Positions 38,701 to 52,768 of a DNA stretch of 64,000 nt are shown one piece after another. Under the pieces are notes generated by a model. That model was not told where the DNA came from. It saw only the letters and a program-made list of their open reading frames with translations, and did not search any database. Source of the stretch: Azolla caroliniana (lineage: Eukaryota; Plantae; Polypodiophyta). The stretch covers positions 992,001 through 1,056,000 of the forward strand of contig JBHGNT010000022.1 of NCBI GenBank assembly GCA_043228905.1, in the 5' to 3' direction. Position numbers and translations under genes: made by a program. The first letter of the stretch is position 1. The number at the start of each line of letters is the position of its first letter.

Positions 38701-40257
38701 GGGGCTTCTGGAGGTTGATGTGGCCAATTCGCTTGTGCCACAGTTTCAAGTCAGTTTCGACTTTGATGCCATTAGCAAACATAGTATACTTCACCTCGCT
38801 CGACTCGAGGATAAACATTTAGCCTTCTTAACGGTCGTGAGCTATGACTCGATTGCCTTTTTCAATGAAGCATCCGTCAATGTTGAATCGTACTTGCATG
38901 CCTTGTTTGACAATCTGGCCGACAGAGATAAGGTTTTTCGTGATGGTTAGGACATGCAAGACGTTTTTGAGGTAGGTTTGTTTGCCGTCGTTTCCGAATG
39001 GGACGTTCCCGATATGCCGTATTGAATGAATCGTGTCATCACCTATTTTGACATATCTGGGCCATTCAGGTTTTCGTAATTCTCGGAACCAATCTTCATG
39101 AGATATCATATGGTTGGATGCTCTCGAGTCAATGAACCCTACGTTACCTGAGGGCATGGTGCTTGTTTCACCTTGTGTCGCCATTGAGTGCGCTTTGTGC
39201 CTCATCATGAACATTCCGCTACGATCGTTGTAGTTGGAATTAAATAAGTAATTCATGAGTTGTCGACTGGTCGAAGTTGAGTCTCGCTTCTTTTCTGGGC
39301 ACTCCTCTTCGTAATGGCCGAGTTTTCCGCAGTACCCGCATTTGTTTGGGCTGTTACGATTGCTTGGTCTAGCAGGATGGCTCCCTCGTCTTCCGGACAC
39401 TCCGCCTCGCATGTTTGACATGTCTTGTCGGTAGTAAAAGTTGTTTTCATGGGGTTGCTCTTGGTTGTGTCGGCCTCGTCCGAATCAGCCTCTATTTCCT
39501 CGACCTTGTCCTTTTCCTCCATTGAGGTTCAAATAGAGCATCTAACCATCTTGTGAGTTGTTCCTTTGTCGAACATGATTTTCTTTGACCAACAGTATCA
39601 ATTGGAGATCGAAGGAGGGAGGATTCTCTCTCGTGAGAACGACTAACCTTATTGCGCTGAATCAAGGGTCCAAGCCTCCGAGACATATTTGCACAATTTC
39701 GTCATCGTCGATGACGACATTAATCGACCCGAGGGCATCGCACAACTCCTTGATTTGCCAATTGCCATGTCCCTCTATTGACTACTATTTAGCTCCTGTC
39801 AGAGTTGGAGTTTGCAACCGTGGTGGCTGCAAAAATCTTCTTGAGATTGCCTCACGCCTCTTTCGGCGTTTTCGACTCTTGAATGTACAATACACAACTC
39901 GTAGCCTGCTCCCAAGTTGGGTAGTCGGCGTGTGTTGGGTTGGGTTGCGTTTTCGTGGGCACCTTCAATATAGTTCCAGTAGCCTTGTCCAACAAGGTAT
40001 TAATGCATCTTGTACTCCCAAGATGCGAAGTTTGTTCGATCTAGCTTCTCTGTAGGAAGAGCGCTTCCCATATGAGTGTTCATGATTTCAATTTCTTCTT
40101 TGTTGCTTGAACTAGTTCTAATGATCGTCAGTGTTGTGATCACAACATAGTTGAGCGAGTTTGATTAGATAACCACATGCTCTGATACCATGTAAAGAAT
40201 CGAGAGAGATTTAGTGCTGTGGAAGATGACTGTGTGTATGTGTACGTAAGACACACA

Positions 40258-43200
40258 GATAGATAGATAGATTATATTATCGTCTTCGGAGGTCAAATAT
40301 GACCTATGAGATCAAAAATATTACATTTCACGTGATACGCGTGAAGGTGAGTAGCGACTCTCGATGTTCTAGAACTTTACCAATGAATGTTGCAATCGAG
40401 AGTGCACATTGTGGTTGTGAGAGAAATTCGTGCAAGGATTGGGCTCGATCGAAGAGATGTGGAAAGCATGGTCGAATATGATCAAAGGAAGAGCATTGTA
40501 TCAAAGTGTGATACTTAGACTCTCGAACGTGTTTAGGGCAAAGTGTACATAGTCGGCCATTCTCATCACTTGTGCCCCAACGCCCCATCTCACATCTCAA
40601 TGCGTGCGAGCTAAGTCGCATGGAAGCAATGGTTCGAATGGCAGATATCGGGACGGGCTCTAACATGTATCGATGTGTATGGCTTCCCCGTTCCACGAAG
40701 AATATGGTTTTGTAGTTAGGTGCAACATTTGTAGTATAATGTGTGAAGCGTGAGCCACCACATTTGTCCCATGTCATGATACATTGGTGTTGGAAAAAGG
40801 CCTCATTTAGAGAGGAATCTAGTGATGCATCATGAAGCAAGTGTCTTGCATCCCATTTACCAAACCATTTTTCTAAATCTTGCATCCAACCGGAACACAA
40901 AATTTTGCTTTTATGCGTCTTTTGGATCTTTTTGCTTGCTTCCCATGCAATTCTAGGAAGTCGATGTGAGGGGCTTTTTTGAACCTTAAGCATGTATTCA
41001 ACAACCCTTTCCATGGCCATGATCTCAATGGGAAGCGATCCCGTCTCAAGGAGGAGGAGGGTGTAGGGCGTTTGTTTCTTAACTTGTAGAAACTTTGTAA
41101 GAAAATGTTTTTGGACATTTTCAAACTCTTTCCACGTAGATTTAGGGATGCTACCGCCCCATACTTCCACCCCATAGAGAAGAACCGGGGTCACCAAAGT
41201 GTCAAAAAGATATTTCTTGAGGACCCAACACTTAATATCTCCAAGATTGCATGTGTTCTCAAATGCATAATATGCTCGCTTACCCGCCTCTAAGCGGCGT
41301 GTAGCACATTCATTCCATTTATGATTTGAAGGAACTTCAAGGCCAAGATATTTGAAGCTTTCTACACATTCAAGTGGCTCATTGTTGTACATAATGTATG
41401 GTATATCTCTTTTTTGACTCTTCACAAGCATAATCTTTGTTTTAGAGCTATTGACACTTAATCTAGTATGCATGCAAATTTTTTCCAATGCCTTCATAAG
41501 CTTTTGTGCATCTCCTGAAGTATTTACAAAAAGCACTACATCATCCACATATAACAAAAGCATAATCACAACATTCCCAATGGCAACTTCTTCAACACAT
41601 TCTTCCTTTACAAACTTGGTAACCATTTCTTCTAATTCATCAATGCATAGACCAAATAATGTTGGTGAGAGTGGGCATCCTTGCTTAACACCAATAGTGC
41701 TACTGAAAAAAACTGAAAGTCTATCTCTCATACACACACAACATATAACCTTCTCATATATTTGGGAAATTGCAAGCATATATTCACTTGGCACCTCAAG
41801 TTCTTCCATCCGCCTCCAAAGATGCTCACAGGGTACCATATCAAAAGATTTCTTGAAGTCTACAAAGCAACAATATAAACCTTTACCTCTAAGGCGACTT
41901 TCCTCCATTAATACTCGAAGAGTGACAAGATGATCAATGGTGCTATGGTGTTTTCGAAAACCAGCTTGTCCATAAGCTCTCTTACCATTTTTTTCTACCC
42001 ATACACTTATCTTTGATTCCATTATACATCCAAATAGTTTTGCCATTAATGAGCCAACCATGATGGTTTGATAGTTGTTTACATTATTTACATCTCCGCC
42101 TTTATTTAAAGGTTTGATCCAATTTGTAGTCCAATCATATGGCATACCATGTTGCAATGCATCATTAAACATATCGCATATCCATATATGTGCTTCCTTT
42201 CCCGTCCATTTGAGCATTTCAGCTTTTATACATTGAAGATCGCTTGCCTTTCGAGAGGCCAATTTCTTAAGTCCTATGCATATATCTTCAATTGTAAAGA
42301 AGGAAGACATATGTGAAAGAGAACCATAACACATCATCTTTCCGGCAAGAGATAACTCATATAAATTCTTACAATGCATAGACAAGTCATGAAGAGTTAA
42401 GTCACCATAACTCTCAACACGTTTCCCCTTTAGATTTCCCCAAAATTTAGCACATGCATGTGCTTTCTGTTGCGTTTGGAGAAGTTGTTGAGTAACTTCC
42501 CATATTCGTCTCTTTCTTTGAATAAGCCTTTTATAGTCATGCAAATGCTTTTGGTAATTTTCTTTATCCGTAACTACATCCAAAACCATAAGGCACTTTC
42601 GAGTTTCATGACATTCTTTATCAAAACATTTTTTCTTACATTTCTTGGTGCATTTCCATGATGTGCGGTTGGTAGAAAAACATTTGTTTGTACAAGAGAG
42701 AATGACATTCTTAAAAGCTTCCCATTTGCATTCTAGTGTGGCACCATGTTGTGTCTTTGTTATTTGTAACATATCCTTAACCATCTTGGAATACATGGGC
42801 GCTCGCTTAAGATTCATGCTCAAGTGCATTTGTTTACTATATTCAATGAACTTCTCGCAATTAAACCTATGCATACATTTGAGATCAATACATAAATTCG
42901 TATGATTGGATTCCGGTGTCCATTTCCCTAGTGAGAATTTATGTATACAATCCAAAATACCTTCGAAAAGTATCACATAGTCAATCACACTATTTCCATT
43001 GTGTTTTCTACATGTAAAGCCATTAGTATTGGGCCATAAGGAAACACCATTTGCAATAAGCAATCTGGTACTATTGCACATTTGTAGGAGTAGTTTCCCA
43101 AATTGGTCCAGATCTTTTTCATCGCTAGAAGATTGACTATACATTTGCATATCCTCTTGCATTCTTGAGATATGTGGCATGAAAGATTCCTATGAATCAA

Positions 43201-44722
43201 GTTGGAGACTTCTTGTACGAGCATTCATGTCACCAAAGACAATAACTTCCCCTTTGGATTTGAAATAAGCAATATCATCTTCTAGATTTGCAAAAGGTTG
43301 ATCTTTATCCAAACAAGCATAGAAGTTAGAATCTTGATGAGGAATGTAACATCCAACGACAAAAGTGAGCAAATCATTAGGTGTTTCTATTCTGAGCCAT
43401 ATGTAGCATTTATGCTCATCATTTTTTACGATTGACACATATTTCTCTATTTCCTTCTTAATCAAACATGCCACCCCTCCTTGTCCTCTTCTTTGTCTTG
43501 GATTTTTCTCCCATATCAAAGAGTGTACATTATAGTTTCCTAAACCTTGAATCCTTTGAGTATCATGCCCCCATGTTTCAACAAGAAGTGTGATATCCGA
43601 GTCATCGATGAACTCCTCTATGCCGAATCCCGCATTCCATGGGTATCCATTGCAATTCCAAAAACATAGTCGTAAAAGACATGGTTTAGTCTCATAGGTC
43701 ACATGTCCCTATTTGCCTACATTTCCATCTTTAAGCACATCCTTAACCTTATTTTTCAATCTTTCTTCATATGCTTTACGACGGGCATTTTGTTGTGAGA
43801 TAGTACGATCTTCACTCACAAAGCATTGCGTACCTTTGAGGTATACCCAACTATTTTCGAGTATGATCCGCCGCTTTGTATTATCCGTCATTGTGCATAC
43901 AATGGGCCTTTTTGAAGCGAGTAACACCATGTTTCCCAACTCGGTGTGCCCCATATACATTCACATCCGACATCCCATAATGCAGGCTAAAAAATTCACC
44001 AATGGCCTTTCCAAGGGAAGCAGGTGTTTCCATACTCTCCTCTTTAATCCCACGGATAACAATGTTCTTTGATCTTGTTCACGCTTTCAATTCTCGGGCA
44101 TCTATGCTTTCTATATTCTTCTCTTGATGCATCACATGCATATTAGATGAGTTTGATACCCCATCCCCACCACATACATTGGCCCATGATTTCGTTGTAC
44201 ATACACTTTTCATCTCACTTACATCCCACCTCATCGTGTCAAATTTTTCTTCTTTTAATGCTTCCTTTAACTCAATCTTATTAAGGCGCTCATTTGTTTT
44301 GAAAGAAGCTCTTTTACATTCTTGAATCTCTTCTTCAAGTTTTGCAACCACTTTCTTAAGAATTTCATTCTCAATGGCAATAGTTTGGAGCTTAGCATTC
44401 TCTTTCATTAACATCCTAACATCTTCACCTTGCTTGTTTATGGTTTCTTGAAGAGAAATCAAGTGACTCATAAGAATTTTGTTCATTGTGTTTATTGCAT
44501 TGGAATCAACATTTGTTGGTGATTTCGGTTCATTATCAATCATACTCTCGAACTTTTAGGAGACCTTACGAGAAGAGAGAGAGGGAGAGAGGGAGAGAGG
44601 GAGAGAGAAAATGTACCTTTCACTTGATTTAGGGCTCCAAAATCTACCTTGCGTTTGAGGAGCCATGGGGCAAAGATGGATGCAGACGAAAATGCTCATA
44701 ACTTCTTGCCACGGTAACAAAA
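40258..44722 (-). mobile_element. Near full-length non-LTR retrotransposon, RTEX-like (APE + RT + C-terminal Cys/His motif, with ORF1)
   Basis: ORF1 fragments at 44543-43709 (coiled coil, NIVIRGL) and ORF2 at 43702-40328. The 3' end is an (ATA)/(TCTA)n microsatellite rather than poly(A). The 5' boundary is inferred from where LTR sequence resumes. Confidence 0.88.
40328..43702 (-). pseudogene. LINE ORF2 (endonuclease-reverse transcriptase) with a single in-frame stop
   Basis: The 170-aa APE ORF (WNCNG, LVETW, GDMNAR) and the 950-aa ORF (SVIDY, GVKQGCPLSP, LYVDD, FKYLG, RLSSHALRCEMGRW..CTLC) are in one frame, separated only by TAG at 43192-43190. Confidence 0.92.
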
Positions 44723-44930
44723 GTGTCCATGAGCTAGTGTGAAACCTATCTGTATGGTAAGTTGAATTCGACTCTCAACACTAAGAAGGGATGGCATATT
44801 GGGTATGAGAACCGAACTTCCTTGAACAAGATAAAGAGAAAAGGGGCAAGAGGACATCCTTGCCTAACCGATTTGGAAATTGGAAATATTGGTCCATATC
44901 CTCCAGCGAACAAAACTGAGCCAGAGGCTC

Positions 44931-47900
44931 TATTGAGAATCAAGCTCAACCTAGTGCAATGTGTGAACACACCCTTTGAGAATTTTGATCACTCGAAGGT
45001 CAAGGGTCACACCACTACTCTCTACACATTAACAATGTGTCATAGAATCATATTCTATGACACATAACTAATGAGTTCCATATTCCCCATGACTATGAGT
45101 CTTCACATTCCCCAAGAGAGAGTAGTTGTTGTTGTGAGTTAATGAAGAGAGAGGGCGACCTTATATAAAGCACCCTTCTCCTACTTCATAGAGAGTCGGT
45201 TGTGGCTCCTTGTAATGCTACATTTTGTAATTGGTATTCTCCTTGTGAATATACACCTTCTTGTTGACTACTTCATTTTCCTCTTTTATCTATCTTGTGT
45301 TTTCTCTTTTCTCTTCTCTTTTCTCTCACACACATAACACACATCTCTTTTACTGCACAAGAATCATATCCGATTTTTTACATGGTATCAGAGCGGTTTG
45401 GTTGCTTGATCTAGCCCATCTGCATGTGTTGTGTTCTACGCCAACGTTCAAGAAGAACCGGTCCATCGCTATTGTCGTGCGACTACATAGCTCGTATTTG
45501 CAAGAGAAGGAAAATAAAAGAAGAAAGAAATCTTCATCGACAATGAATACTCAAATGGGGAGCGCTCTCCCTAGCGAGAAGCTAGATAGAAACAACTTTG
45601 CATCCTGGGAGTACAAGATGCACCAATACCTTGCCGGTCAAGGATATTGGAGCTACCTCAAAGGAGCACAAGAAAATTGACTGACCCGAAAGACACCGAC
45701 TACTCAACATGGGAGTAAGCGGCAAGCTGAGTGATGTATTGCTTGGTGACATGTGTTCATGATCACATGCTTGGCTACATTTGAGAAGCCATGACACTGA
45801 GAGAAGTGCGGGAGAATCTACGGAAGATTTTCGCGGCCAACACAACTGCAAGAAAGCTTCAACTCCGTGAAGAGTTGAATAATATCCAACAAAGGGATAT
45901 GTCCATCACAAGCCATACCTTGAAGATCAAGGAGCTTTGTGACTCACTTGGCTCAATAAGCATCAATGTGGATGATGATGAGATGGTGCAAATATGCCTC
46001 GACGGCCTTGCACCACGGCCTAGCACGAGAGAATCCTCCTTCTTTCTTCGATCTTCAATCCATGTTGTTGGTTGAAGAAAACCATGTTCGAACAAGGAGT
46101 CACGCCTCTGAAGGTCACATGCTCTACACGCATTCAAATGGAGGAAGAGGATGCGAACGAGCAAGGAGCCGATTCGGCTAAGGATGATGCGGACAAGGTC
46201 TGACTCACGAAAACAACTCCCAATTTCGGCAACAAGACGGAAGCCATCGAGAAACCTTCAGAAGAAGGGAGAGCTTCCATTCCAGTCCGAGCCGATAAAA
46301 CTCAATTGAATGCGGATATTGTGGAAAAATCGGCCACTACAAAGAAGAGCGCCGAAAGAAGATGCGCGAGTCGGCTTCCAATAGTCGACAACTCACCAAT
46401 TACACCACCAACTCCGACTATGACGATCATTGCGAAATGTTCATGATGAGACATAGAGAAAATTCTATGTCAGCTTCTACTTGAACTAGTGCCTCCGGTC
46501 CGGAAGACGTATGGTTCATCGATTCCGGTGCCTCAAACCATATAACGCTCATCAAGAATGGTTCCAAAAACTTCGAGAGCCGAACCGACCTAGCTATGTC
46601 GAAACCAGAGACGACACTACTCATCCGATTCGGCACATTGGCAATGGTCCATTCGACAAAGAAGGTAACCAAACTTATATTAAGAATGTCTTGCATGTAC
46701 CAACCATTACGAAGAATTTGGTCTCCGTTGGCCAAATTGTTGAGCAAGGGATGCAAGTTCGATTCAATCAAGGCGTTTGCTTCATCGAGAAAGAGGGCCG
46801 TCTTATTGCTCACGGACGAAGAGAGGGCTGAATGTTCATTCTCGAAGCCAACACCGACATAGAGTTGTGGCACAAGCGGATTAGCCACATCAACCTCCAA
46901 AAGCTCAAGGCAATGCAATCGAAAGGAGTCTTCATCGGACTCCTGACCTTAAAAGAGAAAGAGATTGAAGGCGTATGTGCAGCTTGCCAATTCGGAGAGG
47001 AACGGAGTAGCCGAATGAAAGAATCAACACATCCTCGAAGAAGCACATGCCGAAGTTGTACTGGGCAGAAGCTGCCAACACAACCGCCTACCTAATGAAC
47101 CGGTGTACAACATCGGCGTGTATGAGGTTACCCCGCACGAGAAGTTTTTCAGAAAGAAGTCGGATCTATCACATGTTTGGATATTCGGCTCCATTGCATA
47201 CGTGGACATCCTCGACGAGAAGTGACAAAAGCTCGACCCGAAGTCGGAGAAATGTATCCTCGTTGGATACTCATTGGAGAAAAAGGGATGCAAGTGCTAT
47301 AACCCCTGTACTCAGAAGGTTCGTGTAAGCCAAGATGTAGTCTTTGACGAATCAGCATCATGATACGTACCCGAGCCGAATCCTCCCGAACCATTTCCAG
47401 TCGACTCGGAATCCACCGAACAAGCAGTAGAAGATGGAGATCGACTCGAACACATGTTCGAAGAAAGTCTGATTACGAGAAGACTTAGTGGGCCACAAGA
47501 GCCCCCAAGTGACCAAAGCACATCGCGGCCTAGTTCAAAGATGGACAAAGGCAAGGTGAAAATGCCAAAATATGAATACGATCACTTTGACGGCAATGAA
47601 TTGACTCACTCCCTCGACAATGAGTTCGGTGGCTTCGATGTACCTATCATGAGGACATCTGGCGTAAAGAAAGCCATTTCCACGGCAAACAAAAAACTCC
47701 GTCACTCCACCCGTGAGAAGAATCGACAAAAAGGCAATTGGCTGCAGATGGATTTACAAGGTGAAGTATAATGCCGACGACGCCGTGAACCACTACAAAG
47801 CTCGAGACATTTGCCCCGGTGGCAAAGATGACGACTGTGCGGACAGTGATCACACTCGAAGCAGCGAAAGGGTGGCACCTTCACCAGATGGATGTCAAGA

Positions 47901-49689
47901 ACGCTTTTCTTCAAGGAGAATTAGAAGAAGAGGTGTACATGGTATAATCATCCGGATTCGAATCCAACATTCATCCAAAAGCCGTTTGCCAACTCAAGAA
48001 GCCTCTCTATAGCCTTAAACAAGCACCACGTGCTTGGCATTTGAAGATAACGCAATATCTTCACCGAATCGGCTTTCGAATGTCGAAATCCGACAACTCC
48101 CTCTACGTACGAAACGACACTGAAAGCCCGATCACCATCATCAAATATGTGGATGATCTGGTCATTGGAGGTGAAAGTCTAGTCGACATCAACAAGGTCA
48201 AGTGCCTCCTCTCTAGCAAGCTTGAGATGACAGACATGAAGGAGCTCCATTACTTCCTTTGCATCGAGGTAATTCAGACTCCAACCGGCATTATGATCTC
48301 TCAACGACACTACATCCTTAACTTGTTATACAAGTTAGGGATGATAGAGTGTAAATATGGGACAACCCCTCTCGATTGAAACCTCAAACTAGACTCCGGC
48401 ATACACGCATGCGAGCCAACTCAGTATTGACAACTGATAGGGAGCCTCATCTATCTCACGATCACTCGACCCAACCTCAACTATACGGTCGGCCTCCTTA
48501 GCCAATTCATGCAAAATCCGTGAGATATTCATTTAGATTGTGCTAAGTTATTATGATATGTGAGCGGCACAATGGACTGCAGTATTCACTACGAATCAGC
48601 CACACCAATTCGACTCGAAGGGTACACAGATGCTGACTGGGCCAACTACAAATACAATTGAAGATCTACCTCCAAATTTGTCTTCTCGCTCGACAGTGGA
48701 GCAATATCTTGGAGTAATAAGAAGCAGCCTATTGTCGCACTTTTGAGCACGGAGGCCGAATACAGGGGCACAATCGTGGCTGCATGTGAAGCCGTATGGC
48801 TCAAGAGTATTTTGAAGGATCTGGGCGCTCCCATCAAGATTCCGACTCCCCTCTACTGCGATAACATGAGTAGTATTTATCTGGCTTGGAACACGGTGTT
48901 CCACGCACATACAAAGCATATCGAAGTGCACTATCACTTCATTCAAGAGCATGTGCAAGCCGGAGATGTCGACCTTCTAAACATCAACACGAATCTTCAG
49001 ATAACGAACATCTTCACCAAGGCCCTTGGAGCCTCTAAGCTTCAACAATTCATGTTAGACCTTGGATTGATGATACCTGACATGCCAAGCTTGAGGGGGA
49101 GTACAAGAGAGAACTAGACACCGTTTGAACCGGGTACGAGCCAAAGTGGACACCGGAGATCGTCCGAACCAGATACCAGCCGAAGCGGACATCAACCAAA
49201 AGGAACTGACTTGAGTTGAGCTTGAGGGTCCATGTAGAGAATCAAGCTCAACCTAGTGCAATGTGTGAACACACCCTTTGAGAATCTATGATCACTCAAA
49301 GGTCAAGAGTCACACCACTACTCCCTCCACATTACCTAGGTGTCATAGAATCATATTCTATGACACATAACTAATGAGTTCCATATTCCCCATGACTATG
49401 AGTCTTCACATTCCCCAAGAGAGAGTAGTTGTTTAGTGAGTTAATGAAGAGAGAGGGTGACCTTATATAAAACACCTTTCTCCTACTTCATAGAGAGTCA
49501 GTTGTGACTCCTTGTAATGCTACATTTTGTAATTGGTATTCTCCTTGTGAATATACACCTTCTTGAGTACTTCATCTTCCTCTTTTATCTATCTTGTGTT
49601 TTCTCTTCTCTTCTCTCTTTTCTCACACACATACACACACATAACACACATCTCTTCCACTACACAAGAATCATATCCGATTCTTTACA
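44931..49689 (+). mobile_element. Ty1/copia LTR retrotransposon (copy 3), nested in the L1
   Basis: LTRs 44931-45382 and 49233-49689. TSD GGCTC at 44926-44930 and 49690-49694. PBS TGGTATCAGAGC at 45383-45394. Internal deletions remove the integrase core (~47000) and the RT start (~47720). Confidence 0.96.
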
Positions 49690-52237
49690 GGCTCAATGCC
49701 TGTATCTGTCAGAAACACCAGTCATCCATGCATTAGGAAAACCTAATCTTGACAAGACTGTCTCAAGAAAATCCCATTCTACTTTGTGATAGGCTTTTTC
49801 AAAGTCCAGTTGCAATATTGCCAACTGTTCTTTATTTTATTGAGGTAATGCAACCATTTCCCAGAACAAAAAGATATTACAAAAATGCTTCTATCTTGTA
49901 TAAAACCAGATTGTGTGTCATGAATAATAGATGGCAACAGAGATCGTAATCTAATAGCAATAGTTTTTTCCATAATCTTATAAACATCATTGAGCAATGT
50001 TATTGGCCGCCACTTAGATACTTCATCACATTGAGCATCAGACTCAGGAATCATATATATGATTCCTTTTGTCCATTCTGTTGGCATAGTCCCCGTTGAG
50101 AATATTAGATTAGTCCCTCTAGTGAGAATAGGGCCAAGAAAATCGCAATAATGTAAGTAGAAGCTAACTCCTATTCCGTCTTTTCCTGGACAAACATCCT
50201 TACCCAAGGATTTAGTTGTAGGTAAAACCTCTTGAAATATAAATGGTTGCAGTAAATTAGATGTCATTACATCTGTAACCTTTTGCTGAACAGTTGCAAG
50301 TATAACTTGTTTCTTATAAAGACTATCTATTGTAAAACTTGTAACAGGCAACAACTGTTGGTAGTAATATGAAACTATACCTCGTATCTCAGAGTCATTT
50401 GATGTATACGATCCATTAGGCGGTTTCAAGGAAGTAATAGAGATAGGTCTATATTTTCATTTAAATTGATTGAAGAATTCCTTATTGACCCGATATTGCT
50501 TTTGCGACCAACGAGCAACGTTATGATAGAAGAGGAACATTGAACCTGCCTATTGCTTTTCATTTAAATTGCTTTTTACCTACTACAAATAAGAAAGTAG
50601 TATAGGTGAAGTTGAATACCTTTCTAATAGTTTTTGTAATGCTGCGAGAGCACGACTCAAATTGGCAATTTCTGAATTGCAGTGATACACCAAAGTTGAA
50701 ACTATATTTGTGAGGAAATTCTTTGTATCAAGTATGACATTAACCATATTACGAAGCAAACAATTATCCGTCAAGTTGTATTTTGAGCATATCTTCTTCG
50801 GTTGGTATGAAAGGTATAGCATTACCTATTGCACAGTCTATTGTATTGGATGCTGAGTTTGCAAATGATACGACCCTCTATGTTGATTGGGAGATTGGTA
50901 ATCTTAGTTAGGTATAGAATGCTTTGTAGAAGTTCTCAAAGGCCACATGTGGCTCACTTAATTGGAACAAGTCAGTAGGGTTATGGGTGGGTGAAGAACC
51001 TCATCCCACTTGGTATCGAGATCTTGCTTTCCGATGGCTTCACTAGGGTGAACCTATTCGGTATTTGGGATGCCTAGTTGGTTTAGATTTGAAATTAGAA
51101 GGTATTTTATCCCCGCTGCTATTGTCAATAAAGCATAAACTACTATATTGGGATGCCCAACAATTGTCTTTCACAGGTCGGGTTGTAGTAGCAAATTCAA
51201 TACTTTTGGCTTCTATGTTGTTTATAGCATTTGTTTGGTTATTTTCTAGGTTAGCAATAATGAAAGTGCAAAGCTTGATCCATAATTTTCTTTGGAGGGG
51301 AAAAATGGATCTCGAATAATGGGCAAAGTTGCTTGCAAGGTGCTGATTCAGCCTAAAATCCATGGAGCCTTGGGTTTGATAGATCCTTTGATTGAGTCAA
51401 GAGCCCTCTTGGTTAAGTTTGTGATCCGAGGATTGTTTCCAAGGTCAGAAGCCTAGAAAGGAATGTTTCTAAATCAGCTAATGATGTTAAGTTCTAAGAC
51501 GGGAGGAGTTTGGTCTCCCTCTCTAAAATGGTTGTTCTTGAATGATGTGCAAACACGAAGGTGGGATCTAGCATCTAATTGATTTTTGTTAGGAATTGTA
51601 AGGGCATGGGATGGGATTAAGTCATTTTTTATTTAGGAAAAGCCTTCTACTTGGGATGCACTGCTTAATTAGCCTCTTCTCGCAAATTCTCTATTTCGGG
51701 ATAATGCAAGAAAAGTGTTGGGCTTTAGAACTCACCTTGCCTGGGGTAAATTGGATAATGGGCTAATTGTGTCTGCAATCACTTGGATTCAATTCTAGCA
51801 GATGCCACAAGCAGATCATCTTGTGCATTTACAAGTTGTTCATGGTGCCAAGATAATGACTACTGCCATTTCAGTGGCATATTCCTCATTGGCGGCAACC
51901 TTCCAACCCCTGTAGGAACATTTTTGGTTTGGATGCTTCATAAATGACACATTGTTGGCTATCAAGGGTATCTCACCTAATGGGTGCATTTCTTATTTTG
52001 AGGTTCTTGACAATAGTAGATTGCAGCCTTATGCCTTTGACGGCAACTATCTACACCACGTGTAGAATGTGCCAGTTAGAATGGTTGCTAAAATGGGAAA
52101 GAAGTGGCTGCTTAATCCTTATCCTTCCATCGCTCATATGTGTGATATGATGTGGTTGTATCCAAAAGAACTTGTTGCACGATTACTATGGGATCTGGGG
52201 GGTTTGTTCTGGTCTGATACTCCTTGGGGGAACAGAT

Positions 52238-52768
52238 TAACAATCGACAACGGTTCGGTTTGAACTGAACCGAACCACGAAACCACGGTTTAACGGTTTA
52301 ACAGCTTAATGGTTTCAACGGTTCGGTTCAGGTTTGGGTTTTTTAAAACAGCTTGGTTCGGTTTCAATAGTAAAAAACCGCGGTTTAAATGGTTTAATGG
52401 TTTTTTATTTTTTATTTTTTATTTATAAAAAAACAATTGTAAAAATTTTAAAAAAATTCTAAAAATTGTTTTTAAACAATCTTTTTAGTTGTAGACCTTA
52501 TTCTCACATTTTAGGAACATCTTAAAAATTTTAAAAAATGAAATATTATAAATTTTAAAAAATTAAAAATTAAAATTTTGACCTATGTTGAAAACCGAAA
52601 CCGAACCACGAAACCGCAATTTTTACGGTTTAATGGTTTAACGGTTTGAAAAAGTTTAACGGTACGGTTTCATGGTTTGGTTCAGGTTTCAACATTTTTT
52701 AACGGTTCGGTTTCAAACCGGTACGGTTTGGACCCTCTCAAACTGAACCGAACCGTTGCCGATTGTTA
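52238..52768. mobile_element. hAT-type MITE nested in the L1
   Basis: TIR TAACAATCGACAACGGTTCGGTT / AACCGAACCGTTGCCGATTGTTA. The 8-bp TSD GAACAGAT lies at 52230-52237 and 52769-52776. Confidence 0.94.

Larger units (their letters stand above)
35685..44780 (-). mobile_element. Ty1/copia LTR retrotransposon (copy 2), with its 5' LTR interrupted by a LINE
   Basis: Left LTR 35685-35947. PBS 40179-40190. The right LTR is split into 40191-~40257 and ~44723-44780. Flanks are TCAAG and CTAAG. Gag, PR, INT, RT and RNaseH fragments resemble copies 1 and 3. Confidence 0.92.
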
